Source: Acidobacteriota bacterium
GTDB taxonomy: Bacteria > Acidobacteriota > UBA6911 > RPQK01 > JAJDTT01
Direction of reading: 5' to 3'
DNA: 64,000 nucleotides
Assembly (NCBI GenBank): GCA_965263035.1
Contig: OZ253580.1
Span: 448,001 to 512,000, forward strand
In this document: one piece after another, positions 49,701 through 56,893 of the stretch
Numbering within the stretch: the first letter of the stretch is position 1
How the letters are laid out: every line of letters starts with the position of its first letter
Notes under the pieces: generated by a model
The model's input: only the letters and a program-made list of their open reading frames with translations
Database searches by the model: none
Told to the model about the DNA's origin: nothing
Position numbers and translations under genes: made by a program

Positions 49701-52441
49701 GTGGCGGTCGACGCGTCCAAAACATTGCCGTTTTCGTCGATCAGGAAGAGGTCGTAGTCGTTACCCGAGGCCTCCAGCGGATCGGCCCACTGGAGAATGT
49801 AGGTCTCGAAATCGCTTTCCTGCGTGATCTCGTTCTGGATGACGCCTCCGCCGAAGTCGTGCGCCACATACGTGGTTCCGTCCAGAGTGATGGACCCCCC
49901 CGCAACGTAGTCGCCCTCCCAGACCCCTGCGGTGCCGTCGTTCAGATTGCCGTTGTTGCCTCCGGCCGAGAAGAAATAGCAGCCGTCGGCGACCGCTGCG
50001 TTCACCCCTTTTGAAACGGTGTCGTCCTGAAACGCAGCTTCGAAGATATAGCCGACGTCGTCGACGATGACGTTGGCCCCGGCCTCGCAGAGCGCCTCGA
50101 TGTTGGCTGCAAACCGGGCTTGCCCACCGAACGCCGTCGCGAAGTAGAGTTCCGCCCCTGGAGCGAGGTCATGGACGATCTCCAGCATCGCCGTACCCTC
50201 ATCCCCTTCTCCCGCCTGTCCCGCCAGCACCGTCACTCGTTCCGGCACGTCGCCCGAGGCTTGGCGCGCCGCCAAGGAACCGACGCCATCCGAGAGGACG
50301 CCGATCCCGATGCCGGTGCCGTCGATCGTGTGGGTGGTCCGCGCCACATCCGCCTGGTGGGCGACGTCGCCCTGCGTGGTGTTGACCTTACGGGTTACTG
50401 GAATGTCTACGGCGCCGGTGCGGATGAACGATGGGAGGCTTTTCGCCAGGCCGCGCGTGACCGCCTTGTCGGCGGTGCGGATCGATTGAACCGCGTCCAG
50501 CTCGGCCAGCGTCTCCACCGCGCCCAAGGGAAGCCGGGCCCGAATCGACCGGTACCGCGGCACGCTGTCGATCACCGTGCCTCCCAGGGTACGGATCCGG
50601 TCCAGGACCTCGGTCGTCACGTCCGCCCGGATGTCCACCGTCACCGGCTCTTTCAAGGGATCTGCGCCCGGATCCGGCCGGCTGCCGGCCTTGTCCGAGA
50701 CAATGACCCCGCCGGCCATCCGCCGCGCGTCCAGAAGCTCCGAGCTCACCTTTTTCTGGGCGGGGGTCCGCTGTGCCTTCGCGGCCAGGATGGCCTGAAT
50801 CTGCTTTACGGTCTTCGCAGACAGTTTCCGGCCGGCCGGCTCCGTTTCCTCTCCGGTACGGTTCGTCACTGACTGGTTGGTGAAGGCCGTGGACTCGTTC
50901 CCGGCCGGGTCCCGGATCGGCTTCGCCGTTCCTGGCGCGGGCGCGGTGTAGCTCACCGTCACCGACTCGCCCTGAACCACCGGCGAGGCCAGCATCAGCG
51001 CCACCTTGCTCCCCGCCACGGCAATCGTGGTGACGTCACGTCCCTCACCCGCGACGGTCACCCTGAAATCCCCGGCCGGAGGCGCCGATGACCGGTCGAG
51101 TGGCTCTTCATACCTCAAGCTCAGTCTGGCCCCGGTCACGGTGGCCTCGTCGCCGGTCACCAGCGACGGTCGGACGCCGTCCACCCTCTGACCAGCCTGA
51201 TCCTCCAATCCCGCATGTTCCAACACCGCGGGATTTTCCGAGCCGTCCTCGATCACTCCGTCACCAAGTGACAGGCTGTCAGCCTCCAGACTCAGCCCGT
51301 CGGTGTCTTCGTCGCCATCGGCCACGGTGTATGAAAAAGTCAGTGCCACTGTTCCCGTGCCGCCGGTGTAGATCGCCTGCCGGGTGACGTTCCCCACGTC
51401 CAGCCCCAGACGGGGAGTCCCGATCACGTTCACCAATTCGCTGAAGGACACCGTGGTTTCGATCGAGTCGCCGACGCCGTAGGCTTCCCGGTCCTCCGGA
51501 GGAATCGAACTCACTTCGATCTTGCTCACCGTTGGTGGTTTCGTGTCCTCAATCGCAGCGGCTGCAGACTCGATCCGAAGGGCCGTGCCGGAGACCGCTG
51601 CCCGGAGTTCTTCCGCCGTGACACTGTGGCGGCCGCCGGCCGCTTCCAGGATCAGAGCCGCCAGCGCCGCCGCTTGGACCGGCGTTGCCTCACTACCGCA
51701 AAGGGTCGAAAAATCCGGAGTCGCGGCGGTCACGCAGGCCTCGGCGGCGGGTTGCGGTTCGGTACCCGGCCGGTCCCCTGCAGCAGAGACGTAGACGCAG
51801 CCGTCTCGCACCGCTCGGGCGATCCCCCGGGCCATGAGGCCGCCCTGATGAATGGTCTTCTGGAAGTCCAAAACGTCGTCGATGATGATGTCGGCGCCCG
51901 CATGGCAGAGTGCCTCGACGTTGGCCGCGAACCGGGCCGGTCCACCCAAACCGGTCGCGAAGTAGAGTTCGGCGCCCGGTGCCAAACCACGGAGGACCCC
52001 GAGGGCCGTCATCCCGGCGTCGCCCTCTCCTGCTTGCCCCGGCAGCACCGTCACCCGGTCCAGAAGGTCTTCGGGCGCGTCACCGGTCGCCAGCGACGCT
52101 GCGCCGCTGGAGATCACGCCGATCCCAATTCCGGTGCCGTCAACACCGTGACTGCGGCGCATCGCAACCACTTGCCGGCGGACGCTGCCTCGGGACCGCC
52201 CGGCTTCCGGGTTCCTCCGAACCTCCCGCACACTCACCCCGGCAGCGGACCGGAACTCCTGCCATACGGCCGGGTCCTCCGGCCCCGCCTTCCTCGGAAA
52301 GGCACCGCCAGCCGCTGCTTGCGGATGCTGGGTCTGAATCGGCTCAACCAGCAGGGAGATAACGGCGAAAGCCCCGAGCAGTCCACGCCATCGGGCGCCG
52401 GAGCGTGACCCGATTCGTAATGGGTGGTCCTGTTTTTTCAT
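37706..52441 (-). CDS. Giant (4911 aa) secreted protein: S8 protease domains, GLUG-like and Ca-binding modules, SwmB/Ig-like repeats, Calx-beta-like domain, poly-Pro linker, Fn3, duplicated C-terminal domain
   Basis: Signal-like N-terminus; GIGVLSDG...DEGTAMLEIVHDLAPGA...GVSSAAPH; VGGLVG repeats; LTLTY.EPLD repeats; APTAPLNL...VTLSW..P...Y.FEVRAVN. Confidence 0.92.
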   Translation of the reverse strand: MKKQDHPLRIGSRSGARWRGLLGAFAVISLLVEPIQTQHPQAAAGGAFPRKAGPEDPAVWQEFRSAAGVSVREVRRNPEAGRSRGSVRRQVVAMRRSHGVDGTGIGIGVISSGAASLATGDAPEDLLDRVTVLPGQAGEGDAGMTALGVLRGLAPGAELYFATGLGGPARFAANVEALCHAGADIIIDDVLDFQKTIHQGGLMARGIARAVRDGCVYVSAAGDRPGTEPQPAAEACVTAATPDFSTLCGSEATPVQAAALAALILEAAGGRHSVTAEELRAAVSGTALRIESAAAAIEDTKPPTVSKIEVSSIPPEDREAYGVGDSIETTVSFSELVNVIGTPRLGLDVGNVTRQAIYTGGTGTVALTFSYTVADGDEDTDGLSLEADSLSLGDGVIEDGSENPAVLEHAGLEDQAGQRVDGVRPSLVTGDEATVTGARLSLRYEEPLDRSSAPPAGDFRVTVAGEGRDVTTIAVAGSKVALMLASPVVQGESVTVSYTAPAPGTAKPIRDPAGNESTAFTNQSVTNRTGEETEPAGRKLSAKTVKQIQAILAAKAQRTPAQKKVSSELLDARRMAGGVIVSDKAGSRPDPGADPLKEPVTVDIRADVTTEVLDRIRTLGGTVIDSVPRYRSIRARLPLGAVETLAELDAVQSIRTADKAVTRGLAKSLPSFIRTGAVDIPVTRKVNTTQGDVAHQADVARTTHTIDGTGIGIGVLSDGVGSLAARQASGDVPERVTVLAGQAGEGDEGTAMLEIVHDLAPGAELYFATAFGGQARFAANIEALCEAGANVIVDDVGYIFEAAFQDDTVSKGVNAAVADGCYFFSAGGNNGNLNDGTAGVWEGDYVAGGSITLDGTTYVAHDFGGGVIQNEITQESDFETYILQWADPLEASGNDYDLFLIDENGNVLDASTATQDGTQDPFEAVYSDEEDHSGARLVIVKSSGSNRYLRLDTVGGRLAVATAGNLYGHSAAENAISIAAVAVQSAGGTGGVFDGTESVRTSNSDGPRRIFFEPDGTPITVGNFSSTGGELLEKPDITAATCVRTATPGFSIFCGVSSAAPHAAAIGALMLEAAGGPGNVIQSQLLMGMTGSALDIEATGVDHDSGAGIVMAPGAVDAVDVAEADRNGAPTATGTLDDRTFTPGDAPITVDLSTKFTDPDNNPLTYEALSTDNRLEVSVSGSPRSQLTVTPRRPTSATVLVRATDPDGLSAFLDFSVSVVLGNRDYDTDNDNLIDVNTLAQLDAIRYDLNGNGVVDGTNWQTYYDAFEEAAESMGCPDRCIGYELRGDLDFDTDGDGDVDSDDTYWNGGDGWEPIGDSSDPYTAIFEGNGQAITSLFIDRDSEDRVGLFGRVDGGVFETAALGDVDLVDVDVTGDDFVGSLAGEVEDALIVRSRATGQVSGGDDVGGLVGWSDSFVVDSTAAVGVSGTEAVGGLVGNQFDGWIIRSFATGNVSGDHAVGGLVGSSNDPIRASYATGNVSGQGVRRTGVDDCEFGGVGGLAGNACSLILASYATGTVSGNAVVGGLVGAVSEDVTFRWSYWDLESSGVRVGVGEDDVNNNGVIDGTESQMVGLAGQTTAALQSPTDYEGIYENWNWDFDLDGELDDAWHLGTSSQYPVLAVDLNENHSATWQEFGYQVRPALTLTATTTDGQAQVVLNWSAVSTSPWSPAPDVTYDLVRDDGTTKETVEEGATSRQHTDTDVTTGNTYTYRVAALLDGGEAARSRPVSVIVGAANQPPVAVGALQDLTLRVGGSTKEVDVSGSFRDPDNDTLTYGASSSATSVATVTRSAARLTVTPVAAGRTTITMTATDASSSSTAATQRFTVLVWSATEVDYDSDEDGLIEIATLERLNAVRHDLDGDGTPVADGKTSYERAFGDAVERMGCSQIYGCRGYELTSDLDFDTDGDGDVDSDDDYWNGGDGWVPIGGDGSTSSGFFFTARNPYIAVFDGNGHTISNLFIDSDSLVLSGLFGFAFAVIRNVGLSEVDVTGDGLTGGLVGFNNGVIRGTYVTGQISSDDNVGGLVGMNYVFGAILGSYSTSLVSGDDDVGGLVGDNRGEIIAAYATGRASGNTDVGGLVGNNKSIGEISASYATGPATGNSNVGGLVGYEEGGTITASYWDTSTTGHSSGSAGSGRTTSQLKSPRSYSGIYGTWNVDLDGDDDRDDPWDFGTSSQYPALSVDVDGNDDTTWEEFGYQLRSGPTVTATSTTRSPDPAQVVVTWTEVSVSSEWMPAPTVSYTVTRVDGGTVETLAEDLSVRTYTDSDVTVDEDYTYQVAAVVAGGEATRSARVTVKARGNGAPMPVGYLPERTLLVGDSAMTEFSGAFVDPEGDMITYGVSSSDTSVVLVTRSGTRLTMTPLSEGDAVITVTATDDGSNRSSTQEFKVVVLSTSTTDYDTDDDGLIEISNLEQLDAVRHDLDGDGLPSSGYTTYIAAFSGAGDELACGGLFGCVGYELRADLDFDTDNSGAVDMGDDYWNGGAGWVPIGDSSSSFAAIFEGNARTITNLFIDGSGNDVGLFGETTSSAVIRNLEMVAVQVTGTDQVGGLVGSNDGAVSGCFATGKVSGDDDVGGLIGANLSDGAVTVSYSTVHVTGDDRVGGLIGSNSGDVIAAYATGRVVGDFEAGGLIGRNTGDVNISYATGLVSGRSTIGGLVGRNSGSGRITDSYWDSDTSGRTTGSYGQPQNTSALQMPTDTSGIYQNWNLDLNGDSMNDDPWVFGTSSQYPVLSVDTNGVGGATWQEFGEQIRTSPALMATPALGQVTLTWSAVSNVTYNLYRTSGSTVEIISENTSSRTYVDTDVTTGATYVYQVAAAINGGEASRSMRVSVVVPIPDVTDPTVSKVEITSDPGSDSTYAIRDVIEVTVTFSEDVFVTGSPELTLRVGDEDRTADYQSVTDEEMLFRYRVDTGDVDTNGVSIAANSLSVNGGTIEDGSDNEADLDHRALGNNSRHKVDGIRPELAPTRGAVVNGTTLTLTYTEPLDSTSMPPSSAFFVSGGASSRTVSGVAFRGSAVDMTLSSAVAHWETGIRVSYTVPTGMGAMPIQDRAGNDADGLSSMPVINETPDRIPPTVTSIEITSDPPDGRDVYGIGEEIEVTVTFSETVTVSGNPGVTLKVGERDRSATYESVTGAVVVFAYTVAVNDSDTDGVSIEAGSLSGGTIRDTARNNAVRTHTAVAADTGQKVDGIKPVLATTDGAVASGTMLTLAYSETLDSSSVPGNDAFSVTGGSETRSVTGVRVSGSAVELTVDPAVEHGETGLRVSYTIPTGTGAKPIQDTAGNDADRLSNRPVTNVTGDTTGPAVQTMRITSSAGSDSTYAVEDSIEATVTFNETVVVTGTPRLTLSVGGQNRTAEYVSVSGAAVKFEYMVVSGDRDRDGVSIDADSLSRGSGTIRDGARNDATLTHAGVAADSRHKVDGVPPMLATTDGAVVNGTMLTLAYSEPLNSSSRPAASLFTVTGGSETRTVTRVQVSGNAVFLTLSPAVQDAEFGLGLSYQPGSNPIRDVVGNAADELNNEPVTNRTGDTTGPTVETVRITSNAGSDQTYAAGETIEVTVTFNETVLVTGTPRLTLNVGGRSRTANYQDVTGAAVRFAYQVVSSDTAPYGVSIDANRLSGGTIRDGAQNNAVLNHAPVAADNQHQVDGVKPVLATSDGAVVNGTTLTLVYGEPLDTTSPEPSTDDFTVTGGSETRTVERVQVDGSAVFLTLSSAVTDGESGLRVSYEPGSNPIQDTAGNDADRLSNRSVTNRTGDTTGPTVSTVRITSSAGSDRTYGVDDTIEVTVTFNETVVVTGTPELTLIVGSRNPTAEYRSVSNRAVKFTYRVVTDDVDEDGVSLEENQLSRAGGTIRDGAGNDATLDHTAVVASSSHKVDAVAPALTDPAVVNGATLTLTYNEPLNTSSRPATSDFTVAGGNETRTVTRVQVTGSEVRLTVSPAAEHGETGIRVSYEPRSNPIQDRVGNDAERFTDKFLDNQTPDTTAPSIEGIEISSDPGTDETYAIGDMISVTVRYDETVTVDTVRGTPTLDLLVGNRRKRASASVGPDRPAVVFVYTVEKGDEDEDGVSIPRGSIALNGGKILDLADNAAARNYEEVEAQADHKVDGAEPELEDVTVHGSRVALNYDEQLDEGSVPSSSDFAVTVDGNDRTVTQVQVRGNSVILTLASAVGAGETVMVDYMPGFNPIQDEVSNAAETSANRRAEPPLVTIEARQGSETVTEGDTVEFTLTRGPPTEASLTVNVEVTERGSVIETSASYEPPEEVVFQARQETATLSVLTDDDDVSESAGRVTARLQSGDEYRLGPTSTQSAQVTVQDNEVAPPPPPPPPPPPPPPPPPPPPPPPPAPPPTAPTAPTAPLNLQTEAGDGEVTLSWEAPESDGRSAITDYEVRIDRAGEWISTGSTDLTHRVTGLSNARAYVFEVRAVNEVGRSPSSDPAEATPVGVARPVPEEVILEFAHFGNGYTGNDVLITSDLVLVNVGEDEIRPVVYFFDRAGALLEAESLVDVRNDLEIHDDGGLTARTAVPRLGELTISTHGRGEVATGSVRVVSDGPMGGVVRFDIPGIGVAGVGASEPTGDALFPARRQEGKIRTAAAIHNLGMAAVDVQCRLMKNGVVLEERGIELGANGQNARFIEELFTATDTRDFVGSVRCTVPHGESFTGVAVELDSGNGIFTTLPVVPIHPEASEDRETTLNFAHFANGTSGDGTLITSDLVLVNVAASTARPAIYFYDRSGELQEPESMVDISEDLLVRDDGGLTLRTPMARLGELTISTHGRGEVVTGSVRVVASGAMGGVLRFDIPGVGVAGVGASEPTADALFPARRKQGAIRTAAAIRNLEVARITVRCWLMSSGKELESVDINLGGNGQHAGFIEELFTRTDTRDFVGSVRCTAPGEGMFTGVAVELDTGNRIFTTLPVVPIQP
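39444..39515 (-). repeat. Coding poly-proline linker
   Basis: Run of about 24 mixed CCN codons followed by PTAPTAPTAP. Confidence 0.85.
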
Positions 52442-52858
52442 CTTCCGGCCGTCGGGGACATGCCTCCACGGACCAGCTCAAAAAACATCCGGGAAACGAG
52501 CTGCAACGAGAGCGGGGTGCGAGAAGAAAAGGAGGAAAGAAAACACTTGTTCCGGGTGGTCGCCGGTCGACATTTTTGAATGACTATTCAAGAGAGAAGC
52601 ATTGAAAGGTGAACGAGGCTTCGGCGCGGACGTAACGGTGACCGGTTCGCGTCCCAACATCATCCAAGGGCAAAAACCCGTCGGGATCCCTCCTCCGTAT
52701 ACTTCACTGAATCCAACGGATTCCGCCTAATGGCGGAAGCTCATTATTCCACCCAAGGGCGACATGGCTGGTGAATCACCCGGCGTCAGCCGGCGGGACA
52801 TCACCCAGTATATTTCAGGGGATACGACCGAAATATCCGGGATGAATCAGGATGGGAT

Positions 52859-52934
52859 TGGTGGAGCTGATGGGATTCGAACCCACGACCCCCTGAATGC
52901 CATTCAGGTACTCTTCCAACTGAGCTACAGCCCC
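52859..52934 (-). tRNA. tRNA-Ala(GGC)
   Basis: GGGGCTGTAGCTCAGTTGG...CCTGA-ATGGCAT-TCAGG...GGTTCGAATCC...CAGCTCCACCA; 76 nt, G3:U70 pair, encoded CCA. Confidence 0.98.
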
Positions 52935-52992
52935 ACGCTGAAGAGTTTGGAACGGGAACTCTAGCACGTTTGCCGCCTGGGCATAAAGCGGC

Positions 52993-53020
52993 GGCGGAGA
53001 GCGGCGGCTTCCAGCCGCCG
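52993..53020 (+). repeat. REP-related hairpin upstream of the tRNA
   Basis: GAGCGGCGGCTTCCAGCCGCCG resembles the reverse complement of the 14503-14524 hairpin. Confidence 0.5.
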
Positions 53021-53085
53021 AACTCCAGATTAACAGTTCGCCGAGGAGGGAGAGGGCGACCAATAGTTGCCACACACCCTTGCAA

Positions 53086-53679
53086 TCAGGGATACAAGCG
53101 TTTCACCGACCAACCCTGGCCGGTCTTTTCGTAGAGCACCCGATCGTTGAGGCGGAAGGAGCGCCCGGTCCAGAATTCGATGCGATGAGGGATCACCCGG
53201 AAACCGGACCAGTACTCGGGACGGGGAACGATGGATCCCTGGTATTTGGCTTCGTATACGGCGACCTCGGAGATCAGTTGGTCACGGCTGGCAAGGGGCC
53301 GGGACTGCCGCGAGGCCCAGGCTCCCAACTGGCTGAAGCGGGAACGGGTCGCCCAATAGAGATCGGCCTCCACCGGGCTCACTTCCCGCACCGGACCCTC
53401 CACGACGGCCTGTTCCCAGTAGGGATCCCAGTAGAAACAGAGGGCGGCCCAGGAATTGGCGGCCAGTTGCTCCCCCTTACGGCTCTCCCGGTTGGTGTAG
53501 AAGACAAAACCCTCCCGGTCGAAGTCCTTGAGCAGGACGGTGCGGACCGAGGGTCGACCCCGTGCATCCGCCGTGGCCAGCGTCATTGCCGTGGGTTGGC
53601 GAATGAGCCCTTCGTCCCGCCCCCGGTGGAGCCGACGGCCAAATTCCTCCAAGGCTTCCTGGTACAAATCCTCGCTCAC
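53086..53679 (-). CDS. pdxH: Pyridoxamine 5'-phosphate oxidase
   Basis: AMTLATA, RTVLLK, FYTNRESRKG, GAWASRQS, WSGFRV.P..IEFW...RLNDR, RLYP; start GTG 53679. Confidence 0.95.
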   Translation of the reverse strand: MSEDLYQEALEEFGRRLHRGRDEGLIRQPTAMTLATADARGRPSVRTVLLKDFDREGFVFYTNRESRKGEQLAANSWAALCFYWDPYWEQAVVEGPVREVSPVEADLYWATRSRFSQLGAWASRQSRPLASRDQLISEVAVYEAKYQGSIVPRPEYWSGFRVIPHRIEFWTGRSFRLNDRVLYEKTGQGWSVKRLYP

Positions 53680-54132
53680 GTTCCGCTCCCGGCGGTCTGC
53701 ACGATAATGTCCGGACTCGGGGGATTCAAGGGGCTGCGTGAACGGAGGGTTCAGGAACGAAGCAGCGGGAAGGCACCGGGGAAAATCCAAGTTACTAGTT
53801 GCATCCCAGGCTCAATTTCGTAATGGAACCCCCGGGACTTCCCGTGACTGCTCGTTCGACCGTTATCTAGCAAGTCCCGTGCCGAAAATTCTCCGGAAGC
53901 CCGTAAACCTTTTGATATCAACCCAAAAAACCGGTCGGGAACAGGGTCTCCGGCTCCTGCCCCGGTTCGAAAATCCAATAATCTGGTTCAAAGAGCGGTC
54001 GTGTTTCTCTTAAACCAATAAAAATTAAGGACTTACACCATACAATAATCTGAATCTCCGAGAGGGGACTTCATGTCGCCTCATGTATGGGCGCACGATT
54101 CCCGTAGAGTGTAGGATGAGATCCGGCAGGAA

Positions 54133-55656
54133 GTGGCGATGTATCTCGGCGTGGATTGCGGTACCCAGAGCCTCAAGGTCATCTCCTGGGAACCGGATTC
54201 AGCATCGCTGGTCTCCAGTTCCCGGAGTTACGACTTGATTTCGGGTCTCTCTCCCGGGCACAAGGAGCAGCATCCCCAAGACTGGATCGACGCCCTGGAC
54301 GCCTGCATGAAACGGCTCGCCGGCCTGGGTGCGGACCTGTCCCGGGTACGAGCCATCGGTGTCTCCGGTCAGCAGCACGGCCTGGTCCTTCTCGACCGTT
54401 CGGACCGGGTCCTGAGACCGGCCAAGCTCTGGAACGACACCAGCACCGGCGCTCAATGCCGCCGGATTCTGGAAGCGGCCGGCGGACTCGACGCCTACCG
54501 CCAGGAGATCGGAAACAGCCTCCCCCCTGGCTTCACCGCCTCCAAGGTCCTCTGGGTCAAGGAGAACGAGCCCGATACCTACCGCCGGGCCGTCACCATG
54601 CTCCTGCCCCACGATTACCTGAACCTGTATCTGACCGGAGAGAAGACGGCCGAAGCGGGCGACGCCTCCGGGACGGGGTATTTCCACGTGGCGCGGAGGA
54701 CCTGGTCGGACCGCGCCCTGCGATGGCTCGATCCCCGGCGCGACCTCCGCGCCTGCCTGCCCCGGCTCATCGGCGCCCGCGAAGCGGCGGGACAGCTGCG
54801 GCCGAGCCTGGCTCGCAAGTGGGGACTTCCCGACGGCGTCTGGGTGAGCTCGGGCGGCGGAGACAACATGATGGGCGCCATCGGCTCCGGAAACGTCTCC
54901 GGCGGCAAGGTCACCGTCAGCCTCGGGACGTCGGGGACCCTGTACGGCTACAGCCCCACTCCGGTGCTGGACCCCCAGGGCGAGATCGCCGCCTTCTGCG
55001 ACAGCACGGGGGGCTGGCTGCCGTTGGCCTGCACCATGAACGTGACGGTGGCCACCGAGATGGTCCGTGCCGGGTTCTCATCCAACGCCCTGGAAGAGTT
55101 CAACCTCCAGATCGAGGCGGTCCCTCCCGGCGCCGAAGGGTTGATTCTGCTTCCCTACCTGGAGGGTGAGCGAATGCCCAACGTCCCGGAGGGGACGGGT
55201 GTGCTGCTCGGTCTTCGGCCCCGGACCGCCCGGCCCGGCCACTTGGCCCGGGCCAGCATGGAGGGCGTCACGCTGGGACTCCGCTACGGTCTGGACCGCC
55301 TCCGGGAGCTGGGCGCCCGGCCCGACGAGATCCGGCTCATCGGAGGGGGTTCCAGGAGCCGGCCCTGGCGGCAGATCGCGGCCGACGTCTTCGGATGTCC
55401 GGTGGTCTCCCTGAGCCAGGAAGAAGGACCGGCCTTCGGAGCCGCGCTCCAGGCGGCCTGGTGCCGCGAAGAGGAAAGTCTAGAAACCTGGGTGGAACGA
55501 TTCGTCCGGCTGGATGAATCCACCCGCCAGATGCCGTCTCATTCCGGACAGGAACTCTACGAGCAGGTCTATTCCGTGTACCGGAAGCTGAGCGATACGC
55601 TCATCGACAGCCCCGTCTTTACCGGGCACCGACAACTGATCAACAGAAAGGACTGA
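54133..55656 (+). CDS. xylB: Xylulokinase
   Basis: LGVDCGTQS, SGQQHG, GGGDN, SLGTSG, PYLEGER; adjacent to xylA. Confidence 0.95.
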   Translation: MAMYLGVDCGTQSLKVISWEPDSASLVSSSRSYDLISGLSPGHKEQHPQDWIDALDACMKRLAGLGADLSRVRAIGVSGQQHGLVLLDRSDRVLRPAKLWNDTSTGAQCRRILEAAGGLDAYRQEIGNSLPPGFTASKVLWVKENEPDTYRRAVTMLLPHDYLNLYLTGEKTAEAGDASGTGYFHVARRTWSDRALRWLDPRRDLRACLPRLIGAREAAGQLRPSLARKWGLPDGVWVSSGGGDNMMGAIGSGNVSGGKVTVSLGTSGTLYGYSPTPVLDPQGEIAAFCDSTGGWLPLACTMNVTVATEMVRAGFSSNALEEFNLQIEAVPPGAEGLILLPYLEGERMPNVPEGTGVLLGLRPRTARPGHLARASMEGVTLGLRYGLDRLRELGARPDEIRLIGGGSRSRPWRQIAADVFGCPVVSLSQEEGPAFGAALQAAWCREEESLETWVERFVRLDESTRQMPSHSGQELYEQVYSVYRKLSDTLIDSPVFTGHRQLINRKD

Positions 55657-55659
55657 TCC

Positions 55660-56832
55660 ATGAACGGCGACTATCGACCCACCCCGGAGGACAAGTTCAG
55701 CTTCGGTCTCTGGACGGTGGGCAATCCGGGCCGCGACCCCTTCGGTGGTCCCACCCGGTCGTCCATCCCTCCGCACCGGCTGGTTCGTCTGCTGGGAGAA
55801 GAGGGAGCCTACGGCGTCAACTTCCACGACAACGACCTGATCCCGATCGATGCCACGCCGCGGGAAAGAGCCCGGATCCTGAAGGACTTCAGGCAGGCCC
55901 TCGCCGACTACAACGTCTGCGTCCCCATGGCCACCACCAACCTCTTCAGCGAGCCGGTCTTCAAGGACGGAGCCTTCACTTCCCATGACGCGGACGTGCG
56001 GGCCTATGCCCTCCAGAAGACCATGCGGGCCATCGACCTGGGGGTGGGACTGGGAGCCCGGGTCTACGTCTTCTGGGGAGGCCGGGAGGGGGCCGAGGTG
56101 GACGCGGCCAAGGACGCGTCGGAGGCCATCAAGCGTTTCCGCGAGTGCCTCAACTTCCTCATCGGCTACGTCAAGGAAAACGGCTACGACCTCAAGTTCG
56201 CCCTGGAGGCCAAGCCCAACGAGCCGAGGGGAGATATCTACTTCGCCACCACCGGCTCAATGCTGGCGTTCACCTACACCGTGGACGATCCGGACATGGT
56301 GGGCGTGAATCCGGAACTGGCCCACGAGCACATGGCCGGACTGAACTTCTACCACGCCGTGGCCCAGGCCTGGGAAGCCGGCAAGCTGTTTCACATCGAC
56401 CTCAACGACCAGAAGCCGAATCGTTTCGACCAGGATCTCCGGTTCGGGTCGGAGGGCCTGAAGGCGGCCTTCTTCCTGGTCAAGTTCCTGGAAGAGGTGG
56501 GGTATTCCGGGCCGCGGCATTTCGACGCCCACGCCTACCGGACGGAGGACGAAGCAGGAGTCCGGGACTTCGCCGCCGGATGCATGCGCACCTACCTGAT
56601 CCTCAAGGAGAAGGCCCGGCGCTTCGCCGAGGATCCGGAGATCCAGGAGATCCTGGGGGATCTCCGAGAGAATGATTCGCTGGTCCCGGCCGCCGCCATG
56701 CAGAGCTACACGCCCGAGACCGCCCGGACCATCTTGGGCGCCCCGCTGGACCGCCACCAGCTGGCGCGGCGAAAACTCCGCCACGAACGCCTGGACCAAC
56801 TCACCGTGGACCTGCTGCTGGGAGTCCGTTGA
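55660..56832 (+). CDS. xylA: Xylose isomerase (class I, actinobacterial type)
   Basis: [44 protein letters not shown]. Confidence 0.96.
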   Translation: MNGDYRPTPEDKFSFGLWTVGNPGRDPFGGPTRSSIPPHRLVRLLGEEGAYGVNFHDNDLIPIDATPRERARILKDFRQALADYNVCVPMATTNLFSEPVFKDGAFTSHDADVRAYALQKTMRAIDLGVGLGARVYVFWGGREGAEVDAAKDASEAIKRFRECLNFLIGYVKENGYDLKFALEAKPNEPRGDIYFATTGSMLAFTYTVDDPDMVGVNPELAHEHMAGLNFYHAVAQAWEAGKLFHIDLNDQKPNRFDQDLRFGSEGLKAAFFLVKFLEEVGYSGPRHFDAHAYRTEDEAGVRDFAAGCMRTYLILKEKARRFAEDPEIQEILGDLRENDSLVPAAAMQSYTPETARTILGAPLDRHQLARRKLRHERLDQLTVDLLLGVR

Positions 56833-56893
56833 GCCGAAGTCCCGAAGTCTTCCGGCACCGCCGGCGGTCAATGCGGTTGGAACCGAAACCGGA

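Noticed and set aside
52660-52934. tRNA-Ala as integration site for the 15-52 kb accessory region
   Set aside because: I found no duplicated tRNA 3' end and no integrase in the window.
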